A stretch of 64,000 nucleotides of DNA. Origin: TPA_inf: Saccharomyces. Its lineage: Eukaryota. The translations under genes were made by a program, and so were the position numbers. The notes beneath the pieces are model-generated. The model had not been told where the DNA came from. It saw only the letters and a program-made list of their open reading frames with translations, and did not search any database. The stretch lies in NCBI GenBank assembly GCA_000146045.2, contig BK006949.2:224001-288000 (forward strand). Reading direction: 5' to 3'. This document shows, in pieces, positions 1-13,107 of this stretch. Within the stretch, counting starts at the first letter, position 1. Every line of letters begins with the position of its first letter.

Positions 1-352
1 GTTTTTGAATTTTTGGAAAAACAAAAAAGAGAATAAATGTACCAAGTGTATGCACTCTATTTTTATATTTGATTCTCTAGTGTGATTTTTTTAATCAGTA
101 TATCCCCTTCACTATTCACGTAGTAAATAAGTTATATTCGACCTGTATATATGAAAGCATAAAGTAAAGTTCAAAGAATATTCAGATATTGATGTGGGCA
201 AACGTGATGACTTCAAATTACAAAATCTTTTCTTTAAAAATAAATTATGTGCGTATGTACATTATTTTTAACCAATAAAAGGGTTTAAATATTTATTTAC
301 AAGATTAATGACTGCCCTTTAAGCGTTGTCTCTTTATCTCATTGTACTAATG

Positions 353-1741
353 CTAAAATCGTTCCTGTGGTCGCTTTGCTTCACCAGGATATATCCAATC
401 CCAGCGGCCTTTTTTATGTATAATGGCTAGGATTAGAATTGCCGGTAGGTGCAATACACTAGCCATAAAAGTTTTCCTTGCATAAATGTTGGCTACACTT
501 AGACCTTTATTAAACTTGACGTTATCTTTTAATGTTTTTGCAGAATAGTTGATTCTTTGTTGCCAATAGAATTTGAAAGCCCAGAACGTTAGCCAGGCAT
601 TTATAAGTCCGGAATCTATTTGGTAGTACCAATCTGTGATATTAAAATAAGACAATCCGAAACATAAAGGGAACATTAGGATAGAGTATCTCAACGACAC
701 ACGGGCGTTTAGGAGCGGATTTTTCCATGCAGTCATAACGTATCCGGCATTTTTGTATTCATTTCTAATGTTATGACTCAACGTATTAAAGTGTGGGAAT
801 TGCCAAGCAAACAATAGACCAGCAAGGCACCAAGATCCCGGATGTGAAAGCGGACTTGCGGCTGCCCATCCCATTAGAGGAGGTACCATTCCTACTAGGG
901 CACCTAACCATGTGTTAATGATATGCTTTCTTTTCATAGACGTATAGGCCCAGCCATATAACGCGATATTTGAAGCACCAAGAATAGCAACGGTAGGATT
1001 AACACCAAAGTACAAGATAGATACTCCTAATGTTCCGATAAGTGCGGCAAACTCGAATGCCTGGGTAGGTGTAACATCACCTCTAACAACGGGCCTCGCC
1101 TGAGTTCTCACCATTTGTCTATCAAATTCTGGCTCTCTGCCCATATTTATAGCGTTTGCAGAACCGGAACACAAAGTAGTGCCTACTGTTAAACATAACA
1201 ATTCATTGACGGAGGCTGGATATGGAGATAAAGCATACGAACAAATGGCACTTAACATCACTAGAATGGTGAGTCGGGGCTTGGTCAACTGAAGATATGG
1301 CATAATTACCTTCTTCTTTAAAGTTTTCATATTCAGCCCTTCGCTGATTGCGTGAGATGGTCTCTTAGATTTTCTTACCATCGGGTCTACAAGTTTGACA
1401 TTAAATGGAAGTTGTGTGCTTGCATCGGTAGTAGCTTCGCTTCCACTTGAAGTTGATATATCATCTGTGCATCTTAGCGTTTTCATGGCAGTCGATTCAA
1501 CCTTTTTATTGCAATTAGAGGTTCTATCACCATATCCAAAATTGGGAGTAAATTCTATCGGCGCAGTGTTTATATGTTGCTGTTTCCCGCCATGATTCCG
1601 ACTAATATAACGAACTCCATTAAATCGAATTTTTATTTGAGTATCGTGCAGCTGTGTACCAATTTGTAAGTATATATTCCCTTTATTATGAGCAAGAACA
1701 TTTCTCATCAAGTGAGCATATGTTCGAGGAAAGTAACTCAT
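353..1741 (-). CDS. COX10: Heme A:farnesyltransferase (protoheme IX farnesyltransferase), a UbiA-family polytopic membrane prenyltransferase of 462 aa.
   Basis: Full-length ORF in the track. I recognise the protein sequence. It has multiple hydrophobic transmembrane segments and a mitochondrial-type N-terminus. The length matches my memory of COX10. Confidence 0.9.
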   Translation of the reverse strand: MSYFPRTYAHLMRNVLAHNKGNIYLQIGTQLHDTQIKIRFNGVRYISRNHGGKQQHINTAPIEFTPNFGYGDRTSNCNKKVESTAMKTLRCTDDISTSSGSEATTDASTQLPFNVKLVDPMVRKSKRPSHAISEGLNMKTLKKKVIMPYLQLTKPRLTILVMLSAICSYALSPYPASVNELLCLTVGTTLCSGSANAINMGREPEFDRQMVRTQARPVVRGDVTPTQAFEFAALIGTLGVSILYFGVNPTVAILGASNIALYGWAYTSMKRKHIINTWLGALVGMVPPLMGWAAASPLSHPGSWCLAGLLFAWQFPHFNTLSHNIRNEYKNAGYVMTAWKNPLLNARVSLRYSILMFPLCFGLSYFNITDWYYQIDSGLINAWLTFWAFKFYWQQRINYSAKTLKDNVKFNKGLSVANIYARKTFMASVLHLPAILILAIIHKKGRWDWIYPGEAKRPQERF

Positions 1742-2168
1742 CTAAAGAGGAAAAAAGGAGAAATCGAAAAAAAGAGATACTATAGGCCTAAAATAAAAAG
1801 ACCCCGCTATGAGGAATATTAATCACGCCCGAATCACGTCTATTGCAGATATCAAGAATTTTCTTCTTTGATTAATCTCACTTGCGGTGGATTTACGTCA
1901 ATGGGCTTGCAAGCATAAAAAAGTCATTTTATTATTCCCTTTGAACAGCGCGCGGGCACGAGAAAGCTGCCCTATATAAACAAAGATCGAGTCTTTTTGG
2001 CTTGGATGATGTTTAAAATACTTTAAAAAGTGAAGACAAAAACTATCTTTATTTCCTTAAGTTATAATTATTGATGTATCAAATATAAATATCTATATGT
2101 GAGTTTTGTAATTAAAAATATGGCAGGAATATGAAAAATACATAACATCAATGTCTTTATTCATGATT

Positions 2169-3374
<1,206 letters not shown>

Positions 3375-3512
3375 CTAAATTTAAACTTCGCTATACTGAA
3401 CTACAGTTGTTGTATATATCAAGTACGTACTTTTTTGCATATGATGGGCAAGAATCAAGCACAGTTCACAACCCTTATATAGGTTCGAGTTGTCCTACTT
3501 ACAACACTGTGC

Positions 3513-3583
3513 TTAGTAATGGTTATTGCGACTTTATCCTTGTTCTGAACGGAGTTATATCAGGAACGCAAACTGCTTACTAA
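3513..3583. promoter_or_regulatory. Two Yap1 response elements (TTAGTAA and TTACTAA) in the OYE3 promoter.
   Basis: TTAGTAA at 3513..3519 and TTACTAA at 3577..3583, which is about 140 and 210 bp upstream of the OYE3 ATG (3371, minus strand). Confidence 0.5.
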
Positions 3584-3606
3584 GGAGCCCTTCTAAGGAG
3601 CCCTCC
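3581..3606. repeat. Tandem duplication of a 13-mer (TAAGGAGCCCTTC then TAAGGAGCCCTCC) in the OYE3 promoter.
   Basis: Read directly. The first copy overlaps the TTACTAA Yap1 site at 3577..3583. Confidence 0.7.
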
Positions 3607-4313
3607 GCAAATAATAGGATCGGCAATTTCAGACGGAGGACGGAGCCGCCTAAGTGCCAAGAACATTAAAGAAGAAAGAAATAAACCTTGAGCGGCTACA
3701 CGAAACAGTGGTCAAGAGTAGAATCTCTGAAACGTCGAACCCTCTTTGTCAGTTATCGCGGGCATATTCTGAGAAGAAGCAATATACAACAAACGAGCAG
3801 GACAGATTAAAATTTTCAAGGCGAGGTAAGCTGTGCCAGATCAGTGTGGGACGACGCTCAGTAGTTGGCGATCGAAGCACGTGATCAGTTTTCCACATCC
3901 GTGATTTGGCGCAAATTACCATGTGAGCGTGCGGGAATAAGCTCCTTTATTTGCGGAGCGACAAAGGAAACGAGACCATATTACCCTACCTTCCTTGTTT
4001 TATTTTACTTTTTTTTCTAATTTTAATTTTCTTCGTTCCTTCAACTGTATGTACCCTTTTTCTACCGGAAATAAGACGGTCGTAGTGTCCGCGTTTTTGG
4101 TTCTTTAACGACAAGACATCAGTGCCTTCTCGCATTTTTGTTGAATTGTATTGTATTATGCTCGATGTTTCCAGAACGATATATACATCTGAGAGTTTAT
4201 ATATCAACGATCATTTTCTTGTTGCAGTAAGCTATAATAGACGCGTCAAATAGTCTAACCAGTCTAAATCTCATCAGCCACACACACGTACATCGGAATA
4301 TTATAGAGAACAA

Positions 4314-4772
4314 ATGTCCTTCATTAAAAACTTGTTATTTGGAGGTGTTAAAACAAGTGAGGATCCAACCGGGCTCACAGGTAACGGGGCCTCAAACACA
4401 AACGATTCTAATAAAGGTAGTGAACCGGTAGTAGCGGGTAATTTCTTTCCTAGGACGCTTTCCAAATTTAACGGCCACGACGATGAAAAAATATTTATTG
4501 CTATTAGGGGCAAAGTATACGACTGCACAAGAGGGAGGCAGTTTTACGGTCCAAGCGGGCCATACACTAACTTTGCAGGCCATGATGCGTCGCGTGGTCT
4601 TGCATTGAACTCCTTCGATCTGGACGTTATTAAAGATTGGGATCAGCCTATCGATCCCTTAGATGATCTGACAAAAGAACAGATTGACGCACTGGATGAG
4701 TGGCAAGAGCATTTTGAGAATAAGTACCCATGCATTGGTACTCTGATTCCGGAGCCTGGCGTGAACGTATGA
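4314..4772 (+). CDS. DAP1: Cytochrome b5-like heme/steroid-binding protein (damage response protein), 152 aa.
   Basis: ORF begins [11 protein letters not shown]... and carries a cytochrome b5-like heme-binding domain. Length 152 aa matches DAP1. Confidence 0.88.
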
Positions 4773-5038
4773 CGATTGAGCTCCGCACATTATTTATTAA
4801 TAGCAAACACCAAGGAAAGGGAAAAAGGAAGGGGCGTGGTGGACGATGATATATGTATACATATACATATCTATATTTTGAAAAAATCTTCTATATAACG
4901 GTTGTATAGAAATAATTACTTATTTATGAATTAGTACAAAATATACAAAGCATGCTGCTGTTCGGAACGTGACGAAAACAGTAGCTTAAACTGTATATTT
5001 TTTGTGATACTGTGCGGCTGAAACAGGGAACAATATCA

Positions 5039-6838
5039 TTAGAACTGCACAAATGCTTCTCTAGGGATGCCATTCATGCTACTCTGAAAACCCTTTATGG
5101 CAACTTCATAGTTCCAGTTACTTTGCTCGGCCAACATAAACGTGTATTCTGCATTCAATTTCGTTTCCAAATGTAGTTTATTCAGCAGCTCGAGTTGTAC
5201 GGGATTTAGCCGCGACTGGACATCTGGAGGTAGTTGCAAAGTGGGAGCCATGACCATGGCTCCTTGGGGTGCGCCGGGAATGCTCATCCCTCCTGGTACC
5301 ACTGAAGGTTGTGGCTGCGGTGGTGTCGTTATATTTGGGTTCATGCTTGCGACCTGTGGTAGGACCGAGGCCTGTTGCTGTGGAGGCTGTGCTATTGCAA
5401 TAGATGCAGTTTTCCAAGCGCCTGTGGAATACGCTCTTACAGTTAACAGATCAGATGCGATTATGACACTATTATTCATTGGAACAATTACCCAGGTTCT
5501 ATCAAAGGATTTTTTGGATAACTTATTATTTGATGTGGAGTTGTAACCATGATTGTATCTTCTATTCTTTTGATAGTTATTTTTCCCCGTTTTTTTATTG
5601 GATTCCAGTTCAGGCTTGCCAGTCTCTTCAAAAAATCCGTGCAACGTAATAACGAACCCATTTATTTGAGGATAACTAATTGTTTCCATTGAGTATTCAT
5701 TGGGTTGTTCTTGTAAATGGTGCTTTGTTTTCGGCAAAGTCTTGAATATACTATTAATGGACTCTTGCCCGATTGACAATCTCTGCTGGATAGATTTTTC
5801 ACTGGACACTTTGGATATATTACGTGAGGACGACATGTAATAACCAAATGCTGGAGTTTGGTCCGAATCTGTTACCGTAGATGGAGGAATAGTAGAATCC
5901 ACGGAAACAGAAAACTGGGATTGGGGCGAATACAAATTTAACAGTTGTTCTCTATTATTATCCCATAGATTCAAAAAGTTAGTTGCAAAGTCTGTAGATG
6001 ATTGCCCTAATGCATCGTTTTCGAAAAAAAACTGTTGAATCTTCATCGGTAATGAGTAAACGGTTTGCAATTTTTGTTCGTCTCTCACAATCACGTTATC
6101 TAGTACAACCAATTTCGGAAATAATCTTAACATTTCAGTGCGATACAACTTATCGGTGGTTATCGGGTTATTTGTCATCAAAAGCTCTCTTAGATCTTTG
6201 AATTTGTTCTTCCAAACTTCTAGCGATCTAAATCTAAAAATCTGATTGTTGGCCAGACAGAGGTTTTTCAAATTAGGAAATGTTTGAGCCAATGTGGAAA
6301 TTGCTGAGATGTCCTTAAGTTGGTTGTCAGCAAGATTGACACTTTCCACTATCAAACTTTTTTCTGTAGAAGCCAGTTTCATCATTGCTGGAAACATCTT
6401 AGACTGGGTGGAGATGGAACTAAAGACGCCCTTTTGAATTAGCTCGGGATCTGAATGTAAAGCGCCCAAATTTAGTAATTTTGTTTGTGGGTCATACCTC
6501 TTAAGGAGCACCCCCCTCAAGAACGAAATGGTGTCTGAAGTTCCCGCAGAGGCCCCATTGTTATCTAAAAGTTCGAACTTTAAATTACTGCCTGCAAACC
6601 GGACACCGTTCCATTTCATTAACGATTCTGCTTCTGCCTTTGAGTTGACATATCCAATAACTAAAGGTCCTTCCACATGAGCGTCATAAACAGCTACTCG
6701 AGCGTTGCGGCTTATAAAATTAATCAAATCGTTCATGGTTGCATTCTGCCAGTTCCTCACGCTAATCTTTATTCTATTTTGTTGCATCTGCTGTTGAGCC
6801 ATCATATTGATATTTCCAACATTGTGAAATCCGCTCAT
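5039..6838 (-). CDS. MEX67: mRNA export factor (NXF/TAP family) with LRR, NTF2-like and C-terminal UBA domains, 599 aa.
   Basis: ORF begins MSGFHNVGNINMMAQQQMQQNRIKISVRNWQNATMNDLINFISRN.... Recognised sequence and length. Confidence 0.9.
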   Translation of the reverse strand: MSGFHNVGNINMMAQQQMQQNRIKISVRNWQNATMNDLINFISRNARVAVYDAHVEGPLVIGYVNSKAEAESLMKWNGVRFAGSNLKFELLDNNGASAGTSDTISFLRGVLLKRYDPQTKLLNLGALHSDPELIQKGVFSSISTQSKMFPAMMKLASTEKSLIVESVNLADNQLKDISAISTLAQTFPNLKNLCLANNQIFRFRSLEVWKNKFKDLRELLMTNNPITTDKLYRTEMLRLFPKLVVLDNVIVRDEQKLQTVYSLPMKIQQFFFENDALGQSSTDFATNFLNLWDNNREQLLNLYSPQSQFSVSVDSTIPPSTVTDSDQTPAFGYYMSSSRNISKVSSEKSIQQRLSIGQESINSIFKTLPKTKHHLQEQPNEYSMETISYPQINGFVITLHGFFEETGKPELESNKKTGKNNYQKNRRYNHGYNSTSNNKLSKKSFDRTWVIVPMNNSVIIASDLLTVRAYSTGAWKTASIAIAQPPQQQASVLPQVASMNPNITTPPQPQPSVVPGGMSIPGAPQGAMVMAPTLQLPPDVQSRLNPVQLELLNKLHLETKLNAEYTFMLAEQSNWNYEVAIKGFQSSMNGIPREAFVQF

Positions 6839-7216
6839 TTTTTTTGCTGCTATTAGCGATGCAGAATTTTTAACGATTTATTTTACTCTTCCTTCTTAGA
6901 GTAAGTATGTCTTCAACAGTCTGTTACTATTTTTTTTTCTACATACTCAATTCAGCTCTTACTGAAATTTTCTTCTGGAAAAAAAAGGAAGACGGGTAAT
7001 GATGATCTTATATAACAGTATAATCTGTAGGTATATTTATCGTTAGAATCCTCTACGAAAGGCAAGTGGGCATGGATTTCTAGCTTTTGAAGCCGCGTTT
7101 AAGTTTCTTCAGAATTAATATTCGTAGAAATTTTCTGTTCTTTGCTTCTTTTCTGAGCTTTGGTGGAATAAACTTGGTTCCATTCAACTTAAAGGAAGGA
7201 GGAAGTACTGTTCAAA

Positions 7217-8509
7217 ATGACAGTTTTATACACATCTGCATCGCTGAAAAAAATGAAGTGCTTGGCATTCAACATGGGCATGAATTGCGTACGAACAGTA
7301 TCTCATGCAAGAAGTGGAGGTGCAAAATTTGGAGGACGGAATGTATTTAATATATTTGACTCAAAAACTCCTGATTCAGTGCGTATAAAGGCCTTCAAAA
7401 ACACAATATACCAGTCTGCCATGGGCAAAGGTAAGACCAAGTTTTCTGCAATGGAAATTAATCTCATAACAAGTCTAGTGCGCGGATATAAAGGAGAAGG
7501 TAAGAAGAACGCGATAAATCCTCTCCAAACTAACGTGCAAATTCTTAACAAATTATTACTAACACATCGATTAACAGACAAAGACATATTAGAAGGAATG
7601 AACCTGGCAGCCGGTCCTGTCAATGTTGCTATTCCTCGAGACATAACACCGCAGGAAGAAAAGAAGAAAGTTGAACTAAGAAATCGAAAAGCAGAGAATA
7701 TGGATCTTCACCCGAGCAGGAAGATGCATATTAAGGAACTTCTACACTCTTTGAACTTAGATATGTGTAATGATGAGGAGGTTTATCAGAAAATATCACT
7801 TTACTTACAGAAAAATGAGGAAAGCAGGACTTCAGTGGGTGCCTCGCAACAAAACCACGTAGATATCGATATAAACTCCCTAAAACGCTATCTACAAAAT
7901 ATTGAAAAGAAGGCACGTCAAAAAAGTGCCATCGATAAACAAAAAAAGAATCAAGCTCGTATATATCAATGGAATACTCAATCCTTCTCCGAAATAGTAC
8001 CCTTATCAGCTGGAAATATCTTATTCAAAAGGGAACCCAATCGCTTATGGAAACGTTTACAAAATGGAATAAGTGTATTTTTAGGTTCAAACGGAGGAGG
8101 AAAAAAGAGTAAAACTACTAAAAAAGTACTTCAAGGGAATAACATATTGTTACACTCATTAGAAAACAATAAGGATATGACCCTGTCAAACAACTTTGAT
8201 CACAGTGTCTTTAACATCAATTTTACGGACTTATTTGGCGTTATTAATGCATCTGGGTCCCCACCAGATAGAGTTTTGAACGAAATTAATGAGATCGAAT
8301 TAAAAGGTTGGAAATGTGTGGGGAACTTATACGATAATAATAAAATTGTAGTTTTTCAAAGTAGCAATCCACTCTTAGAGGATACGAAGATTCCTCAAAA
8401 GTCTTTCACTAATTCAAAGAGATTCCTTATTTCACTCTCAGCATTGCTGGCCTCCTTTTTTGCATATTATAGATACCGTCTATCTCAACGTCAAGAATCA
8501 AAGAAATGA
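7217..8509 (+). CDS. MRX4: Uncharacterised mitochondrial-organisation protein, 430 aa, lysine-rich with a C-terminal hydrophobic segment.
   Basis: A 430-aa ORF at the position expected for YPL168W between MEX67 and REV3. I have no strong domain recognition, so the name comes from synteny and length. Confidence 0.7.
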   Translation: MTVLYTSASLKKMKCLAFNMGMNCVRTVSHARSGGAKFGGRNVFNIFDSKTPDSVRIKAFKNTIYQSAMGKGKTKFSAMEINLITSLVRGYKGEGKKNAINPLQTNVQILNKLLLTHRLTDKDILEGMNLAAGPVNVAIPRDITPQEEKKKVELRNRKAENMDLHPSRKMHIKELLHSLNLDMCNDEEVYQKISLYLQKNEESRTSVGASQQNHVDIDINSLKRYLQNIEKKARQKSAIDKQKKNQARIYQWNTQSFSEIVPLSAGNILFKREPNRLWKRLQNGISVFLGSNGGGKKSKTTKKVLQGNNILLHSLENNKDMTLSNNFDHSVFNINFTDLFGVINASGSPPDRVLNEINEIELKGWKCVGNLYDNNKIVVFQSSNPLLEDTKIPQKSFTNSKRFLISLSALLASFFAYYRYRLSQRQESKK

Positions 8510-8592
8510 TTTTTTTCTTTCTTGTATATAACAACGTTATACATAGAAACAAATAACTACTCATCATTTTGCGAGACATATCTGTGTCTAGA

Positions 8593-11500
8593 TTACCAAT
8601 CATTTAGAGATATTAATGCTTCTTCCCTTTGAACAGATTGATTATCTCTCAAGTATCTTTCTGCTTTGACACGAGAGTAAAATACTGGACAGTCATATGA
8701 ATTGCATTTACTAGCTATATGGTCATTTTCGATGCCTGCATCGGAAGTGTAACGATAACTGCACGTCCTGCACACGGTCTTTAGTGTTTGGTATTCTTTT
8801 TGTCTCTTTAATTTCTTTATGAGAAATGATAAGGTTGTGGTGCTTCTTTTCTCTAAACAGTCATCACATAACTGAAGTGAACATATTTTAGTCAATTCTT
8901 CACCACAATTACAACATGTTGCAGAAGTTCCTACTCTTGTTATGTTTTCCACTTTTGTAGTAGTTGTGCTCGCCCTTTTGGATTTTACTATTTCCTGAGC
9001 CCAGTTGCCAACATTTATACCAATCAAATTGAACAATCTATCAAGAGGAGGTATCAGAATTTTGTTTATATAATACTCCGAATCTAACTCTAAATTCTCA
9101 CCTTCTAAGAACTCTTCTGGTGATACGCATCTTTCCCGAAGCAGTTGTCCTTGCTTTCCTTTAACAACAAGGTAAGGTATACGCTCCTTGTATTGGGGTT
9201 CTGCTCTATGGTCTTCATTTATTCTTCTTTTTACAACCACGGCACCTGCAGGGGCTGTCTTTTCGCTTTTATACGCTCCTAATTTAACTTCTTTTGCAAA
9301 ACAAAAATCTTGGGCAGATACCTTTCCTATTTGAATCTTAAAAAATTCATTTTGAAGATACTTTTTTATTTTTGACAGGTCTTTGGTTTGAAAAAGTAAT
9401 CGAATACATTTTTCAATAATCTTCTGCTGGGCTGGGATACCATCCCTTCTAACAGTTTCAATACCCTTAGCATCAAAAATAGGAAGGGTCTGCGAAGGAC
9501 TTTCATAGGAAAATCCTACGTACCTTTTTTTGCTAATTAATATGGAGGGATGGTATACTTTTTCAAACTTCAAAAAGATTGGTTTTGGATTGTTTTGAGT
9601 AACTCTTTCTGCCATAGCATGTCCTATAGAAAAAGCCTCAATAGCAGTTTTTCCAGGTAGATATACAAATAAACTATCTGTGTCTCCATAGACAACTTTG
9701 GCGTTCCAAGTTTCATCTTTCTCAATAATATCTATTGCTTTCTCCAATGTTTCTCTGCCTGTTTGTACAATGCTATCAGCTAAATCAGAGCATGGCATTC
9801 GTCCAGAAAATGAAGCTGATGTATAACCGTAGGTGACATTCGCCAATAATTTTAGTGCTAACTGTTTGTTATTCAAAAGCCTTTTTAGGGTAGTGTTGTC
9901 ATCACCTATTTCGTTCATTGTTTTCTTTATCATCACTCTGACATCAAGGATATCTGTTAACATTTTGGATAACGTTGATTTTCTAACAGAGGTCTTGGCA
10001 TAAACAACACCATTTGGAGCGATAGTTACATCATTTTTTAATAAAGCTAAAATGTTTCTTGGTAATGAAAACTTAGATACTCCAAGGTTATTTTCCGTTA
10101 AGTTTATTTCTCGCACTCTTCCTATCATAGTCGAATAGCAATAGTTGTATCCAATCATAATGGATGGATACAATGATTGGAAATCCAGCACAATTAAAGG
10201 ACTTTTGTAGAAAGCAGATTCTGGCTCCATAACCAAAGGCACACATTCAAGTGCTTTTTGCTTACGAACATCCTTTTTGCCTGGAGAAAGAAGGATAAAA
10301 CTTTCGGACTTGCATATTCGGATTAAAAAAGACTCAACTTTAAATTGTGATCCTCTGTAATATACAGAATGGAAATCTATTCCTATCAATCTTGCCTGTT
10401 CGATATTTCGAGCAATGTAATCCTGCTTTCTTAATAGTTGTATATTTATCTGAGCTCTTGATAACCAATAATTTAACACAGTCTTTAATTCGGTTGTGCT
10501 CTTTTTAGCGTTCCACATATTAGTTAATGACTCAAATGAAAAGTGAGGTAATCGTTTATGGAGGATATTGAACGCAGCACTTTCAATAGTATATTGCGTT
10601 AAATTTACGTCGGACCTCAACGCTCTCCATATATTAATCATATGTCTTCCGGTAATCATAATTCCTGAGGAATGGGCATATCCCCAAGTATCTGACAACT
10701 TCGTCTTAATTTGGCATTTGACTCTGGCAAGTTCCCTGACAATGTCAAATTGATGTATTTTTTGACACCTTTCAATTATATAACCCCACGAAAAATTATG
10801 TATTTCGAAACCGGAAAGAATATCAGGATCAAGAAGTAATACCAAATCAGTTAGAGCCTCAAACATTTCAAATTCACTTTCATAGAACATCACGGGAATT
10901 TCGTTAATACAATGTTGAATTTTAGTAGGAAATGTACTATCCTCAGAAGCTTTGTGGACTATCATAATCCCTTCGTAAGCGATATCCAAATCTAAAGGGA
11001 AAGTTTCTTCTTCAAGACACCATATAATCATGGAAACTTCATCTATTGCAGGGTCTGGAATTTTATCACTTCTCGTGTTTGCATGAATCTCAAGTGTCAG
11101 ATGAGTAAGAGAATCGTGAACGCTACTTTTTTTTCTTTTTTGTTTTCCAGAAACGTCACTAGCAAATTTGTATAAAAACTTACTATGAGGGGTGTGCATG
11201 CTTATCTGAGACTCAGTTTTTTTGTTTCCCATCGAGGGTACTTTATTGTACCATTTTTGAACAGCATCATACGTAGGTGGTTTTAACGCATATTTCCAGG
11301 AGGAAAACATGTCGAAAGTTGGCTTGTTATAAACTGATACGGTCTCTCCCCCAAATTGGACGGGTATTCTCGTTGATACATGTGTCGAGCTTATTTCAAA
11401 CCTCTTACCTGCGTACGCGTAAGGTTTATTTTCTAGATCAACTGGATTCGAAAAGAAAGGGTCCTTATAGTCTATTTTTGGGAATCCCTCGTCTTCCAAT

Positions 11501-13107
11501 TTATTCAGAATATCTTGATAACCGAAAGGAGGCTCACCATAAACAAAGGCTCTTTTTCCATAGCGTAATCCCGCAGCCATAACCTTCTTTCTTTTCCGAG
11601 ACAGCAACGATGTTTTATTAGCAGAAACAGATGATCTAAGTTTTCGTTTACTTGCCATATTTTGCGTCATAGCACAATCCATTGAAAAATTTATCGTATT
11701 GTGATATTTTGTTTGATGATCTAATAGTATAGTAGAATCTTTCGGAGACGCAATGCTTTCCGGTAACCATGAATAAGACCGAGACTTTATATTGCTTCCT
11801 TTTACACCTTCGTTCTCATTATCAACACCACATATCTCGTATTCGGTGAACGATGCATTAACTTGGTCGTCGTTCTTTTTATCTTGCATACTATTATTGT
11901 TTATTTCAATCTGTGGAAGCCTTGGCCACAATTGCGGTAATGCTTCATAGGGCGTATTTATGGCTGAGAATTTTTGATTCTTATCTATAAAGTTCTCAAA
12001 ATTTGGTATTTGACCATCAAAAGTACTTGTTTTATGTTGTGCTTTCTTATAAAACGCTTCGAACTCTCCAGAAGATTGCCATTGATGACCACTCACATGG
12101 CGCTTTGTTTCTGGTGGTTCTTTATATTCCTTCAAGGACAACTCCTCTCGTTGCATGGTAAGTTCATTTATCATGTCCCTAGCAGAGGATACATATGGTT
12201 TGACAGGTATGTCAGAAATATCTCCCAGTTTTTCCAAAAAGTCGTGATGTATATCTCTATGCTGTAACTTTTCTCTATTTTTGATGAATTGCGGTAGTAT
12301 ATCTATCTCAATCAATCCATTTCCAACCCGTGGAAAATCCCTTCTACTGAGTACGTTACACTTGAAGTCACAAAATCGATCTAGTAACAACTGAAGATCA
12401 TCATTAATTGTCAGCTTATCTATGTCCAGTATACTATTTAAAACAGGAGAGCGAAAATAACACCTATCCACGTTTATCCATGAACATCCAAATAAGTTAA
12501 AATCTGCGGTCCATTGTAGCAAGTAAGGAATATGTGATTCATAAATTTCGAATTTCTTTCCGAAAATCTTGCCATCTCTAATCAATTCCGAAATCCTACT
12601 TAGACAAGAAGGATTAAGCAAAGAAATTTTGTAAAACAGATTCCAGCCAACGTGGTAACCATAAAATGGTATACCCTTTACAACAGAGACATCAGCGACA
12701 AAATTGAGATTTCCAAGTTTGTCGCCGGCTAAATCGTGTTTATCATCTTTTTTCCTTTTAAAGGATGCCCTAATTTTTACTTCCAGCGTTTTATGAACTT
12801 GGGCACATCTTTGGTGTCTCAATGTACTCGTGTCAGTTATTTGTCCATCATACTTGATGAACATGTAAGGTAGAATGCCATGGACGTGGCACAATACTTG
12901 ATGCCCTGTGGGTAAAGCACCAAACACCCTGATGTTTGGGACCTGTGAAAACTGGTTTAAGGGCAGGCTTTCACCGTGCGATGGGTCCAAAAAGGTGGGT
13001 TTTGACATATAGTAGTCTTGATTATTTAGCTGGATTCTAAAATAGTCTGATTTAGAGGATGATCTAACCGTATCGCTCTGTATTGTGTCGTTCGACTCCC
13101 TCGACAT
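8593..13107 (-). CDS. REV3: DNA polymerase zeta catalytic subunit, a B-family translesion polymerase, 1504 aa.
   Basis: B-family polymerase motifs are present (…VVYGDTDSLFVYLPG…) and there is a C-terminal Cys-rich CysA/CysB metal-binding region. I recall the canonical N-terminus as MSRESNDTIQSD.... The track ORF runs 44 codons further upstream to an in-frame ATG at 13239; I trimmed to the recalled start. Confidence 0.85.
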   Translation of the reverse strand: MSRESNDTIQSDTVRSSSKSDYFRIQLNNQDYYMSKPTFLDPSHGESLPLNQFSQVPNIRVFGALPTGHQVLCHVHGILPYMFIKYDGQITDTSTLRHQRCAQVHKTLEVKIRASFKRKKDDKHDLAGDKLGNLNFVADVSVVKGIPFYGYHVGWNLFYKISLLNPSCLSRISELIRDGKIFGKKFEIYESHIPYLLQWTADFNLFGCSWINVDRCYFRSPVLNSILDIDKLTINDDLQLLLDRFCDFKCNVLSRRDFPRVGNGLIEIDILPQFIKNREKLQHRDIHHDFLEKLGDISDIPVKPYVSSARDMINELTMQREELSLKEYKEPPETKRHVSGHQWQSSGEFEAFYKKAQHKTSTFDGQIPNFENFIDKNQKFSAINTPYEALPQLWPRLPQIEINNNSMQDKKNDDQVNASFTEYEICGVDNENEGVKGSNIKSRSYSWLPESIASPKDSTILLDHQTKYHNTINFSMDCAMTQNMASKRKLRSSVSANKTSLLSRKRKKVMAAGLRYGKRAFVYGEPPFGYQDILNKLEDEGFPKIDYKDPFFSNPVDLENKPYAYAGKRFEISSTHVSTRIPVQFGGETVSVYNKPTFDMFSSWKYALKPPTYDAVQKWYNKVPSMGNKKTESQISMHTPHSKFLYKFASDVSGKQKRKKSSVHDSLTHLTLEIHANTRSDKIPDPAIDEVSMIIWCLEEETFPLDLDIAYEGIMIVHKASEDSTFPTKIQHCINEIPVMFYESEFEMFEALTDLVLLLDPDILSGFEIHNFSWGYIIERCQKIHQFDIVRELARVKCQIKTKLSDTWGYAHSSGIMITGRHMINIWRALRSDVNLTQYTIESAAFNILHKRLPHFSFESLTNMWNAKKSTTELKTVLNYWLSRAQINIQLLRKQDYIARNIEQARLIGIDFHSVYYRGSQFKVESFLIRICKSESFILLSPGKKDVRKQKALECVPLVMEPESAFYKSPLIVLDFQSLYPSIMIGYNYCYSTMIGRVREINLTENNLGVSKFSLPRNILALLKNDVTIAPNGVVYAKTSVRKSTLSKMLTDILDVRVMIKKTMNEIGDDNTTLKRLLNNKQLALKLLANVTYGYTSASFSGRMPCSDLADSIVQTGRETLEKAIDIIEKDETWNAKVVYGDTDSLFVYLPGKTAIEAFSIGHAMAERVTQNNPKPIFLKFEKVYHPSILISKKRYVGFSYESPSQTLPIFDAKGIETVRRDGIPAQQKIIEKCIRLLFQTKDLSKIKKYLQNEFFKIQIGKVSAQDFCFAKEVKLGAYKSEKTAPAGAVVVKRRINEDHRAEPQYKERIPYLVVKGKQGQLLRERCVSPEEFLEGENLELDSEYYINKILIPPLDRLFNLIGINVGNWAQEIVKSKRASTTTTKVENITRVGTSATCCNCGEELTKICSLQLCDDCLEKRSTTTLSFLIKKLKRQKEYQTLKTVCRTCSYRYTSDAGIENDHIASKCNSYDCPVFYSRVKAERYLRDNQSVQREEALISLNDW

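Noticed and set aside
5142-5546. Many 60-150-codon ORFs antisense to or nested inside large genes, such as 5142..5546 in MEX67, 2577..2930 in OYE3, 25728..26153 in CDC60, 33922..34305 in KIP2 and 39438..39818 in RAD53.
   Set aside because: Each lies wholly within a well-supported longer gene on the opposite strand or in another frame. These are typical chance ORFs in coding sequence of about 40% GC.
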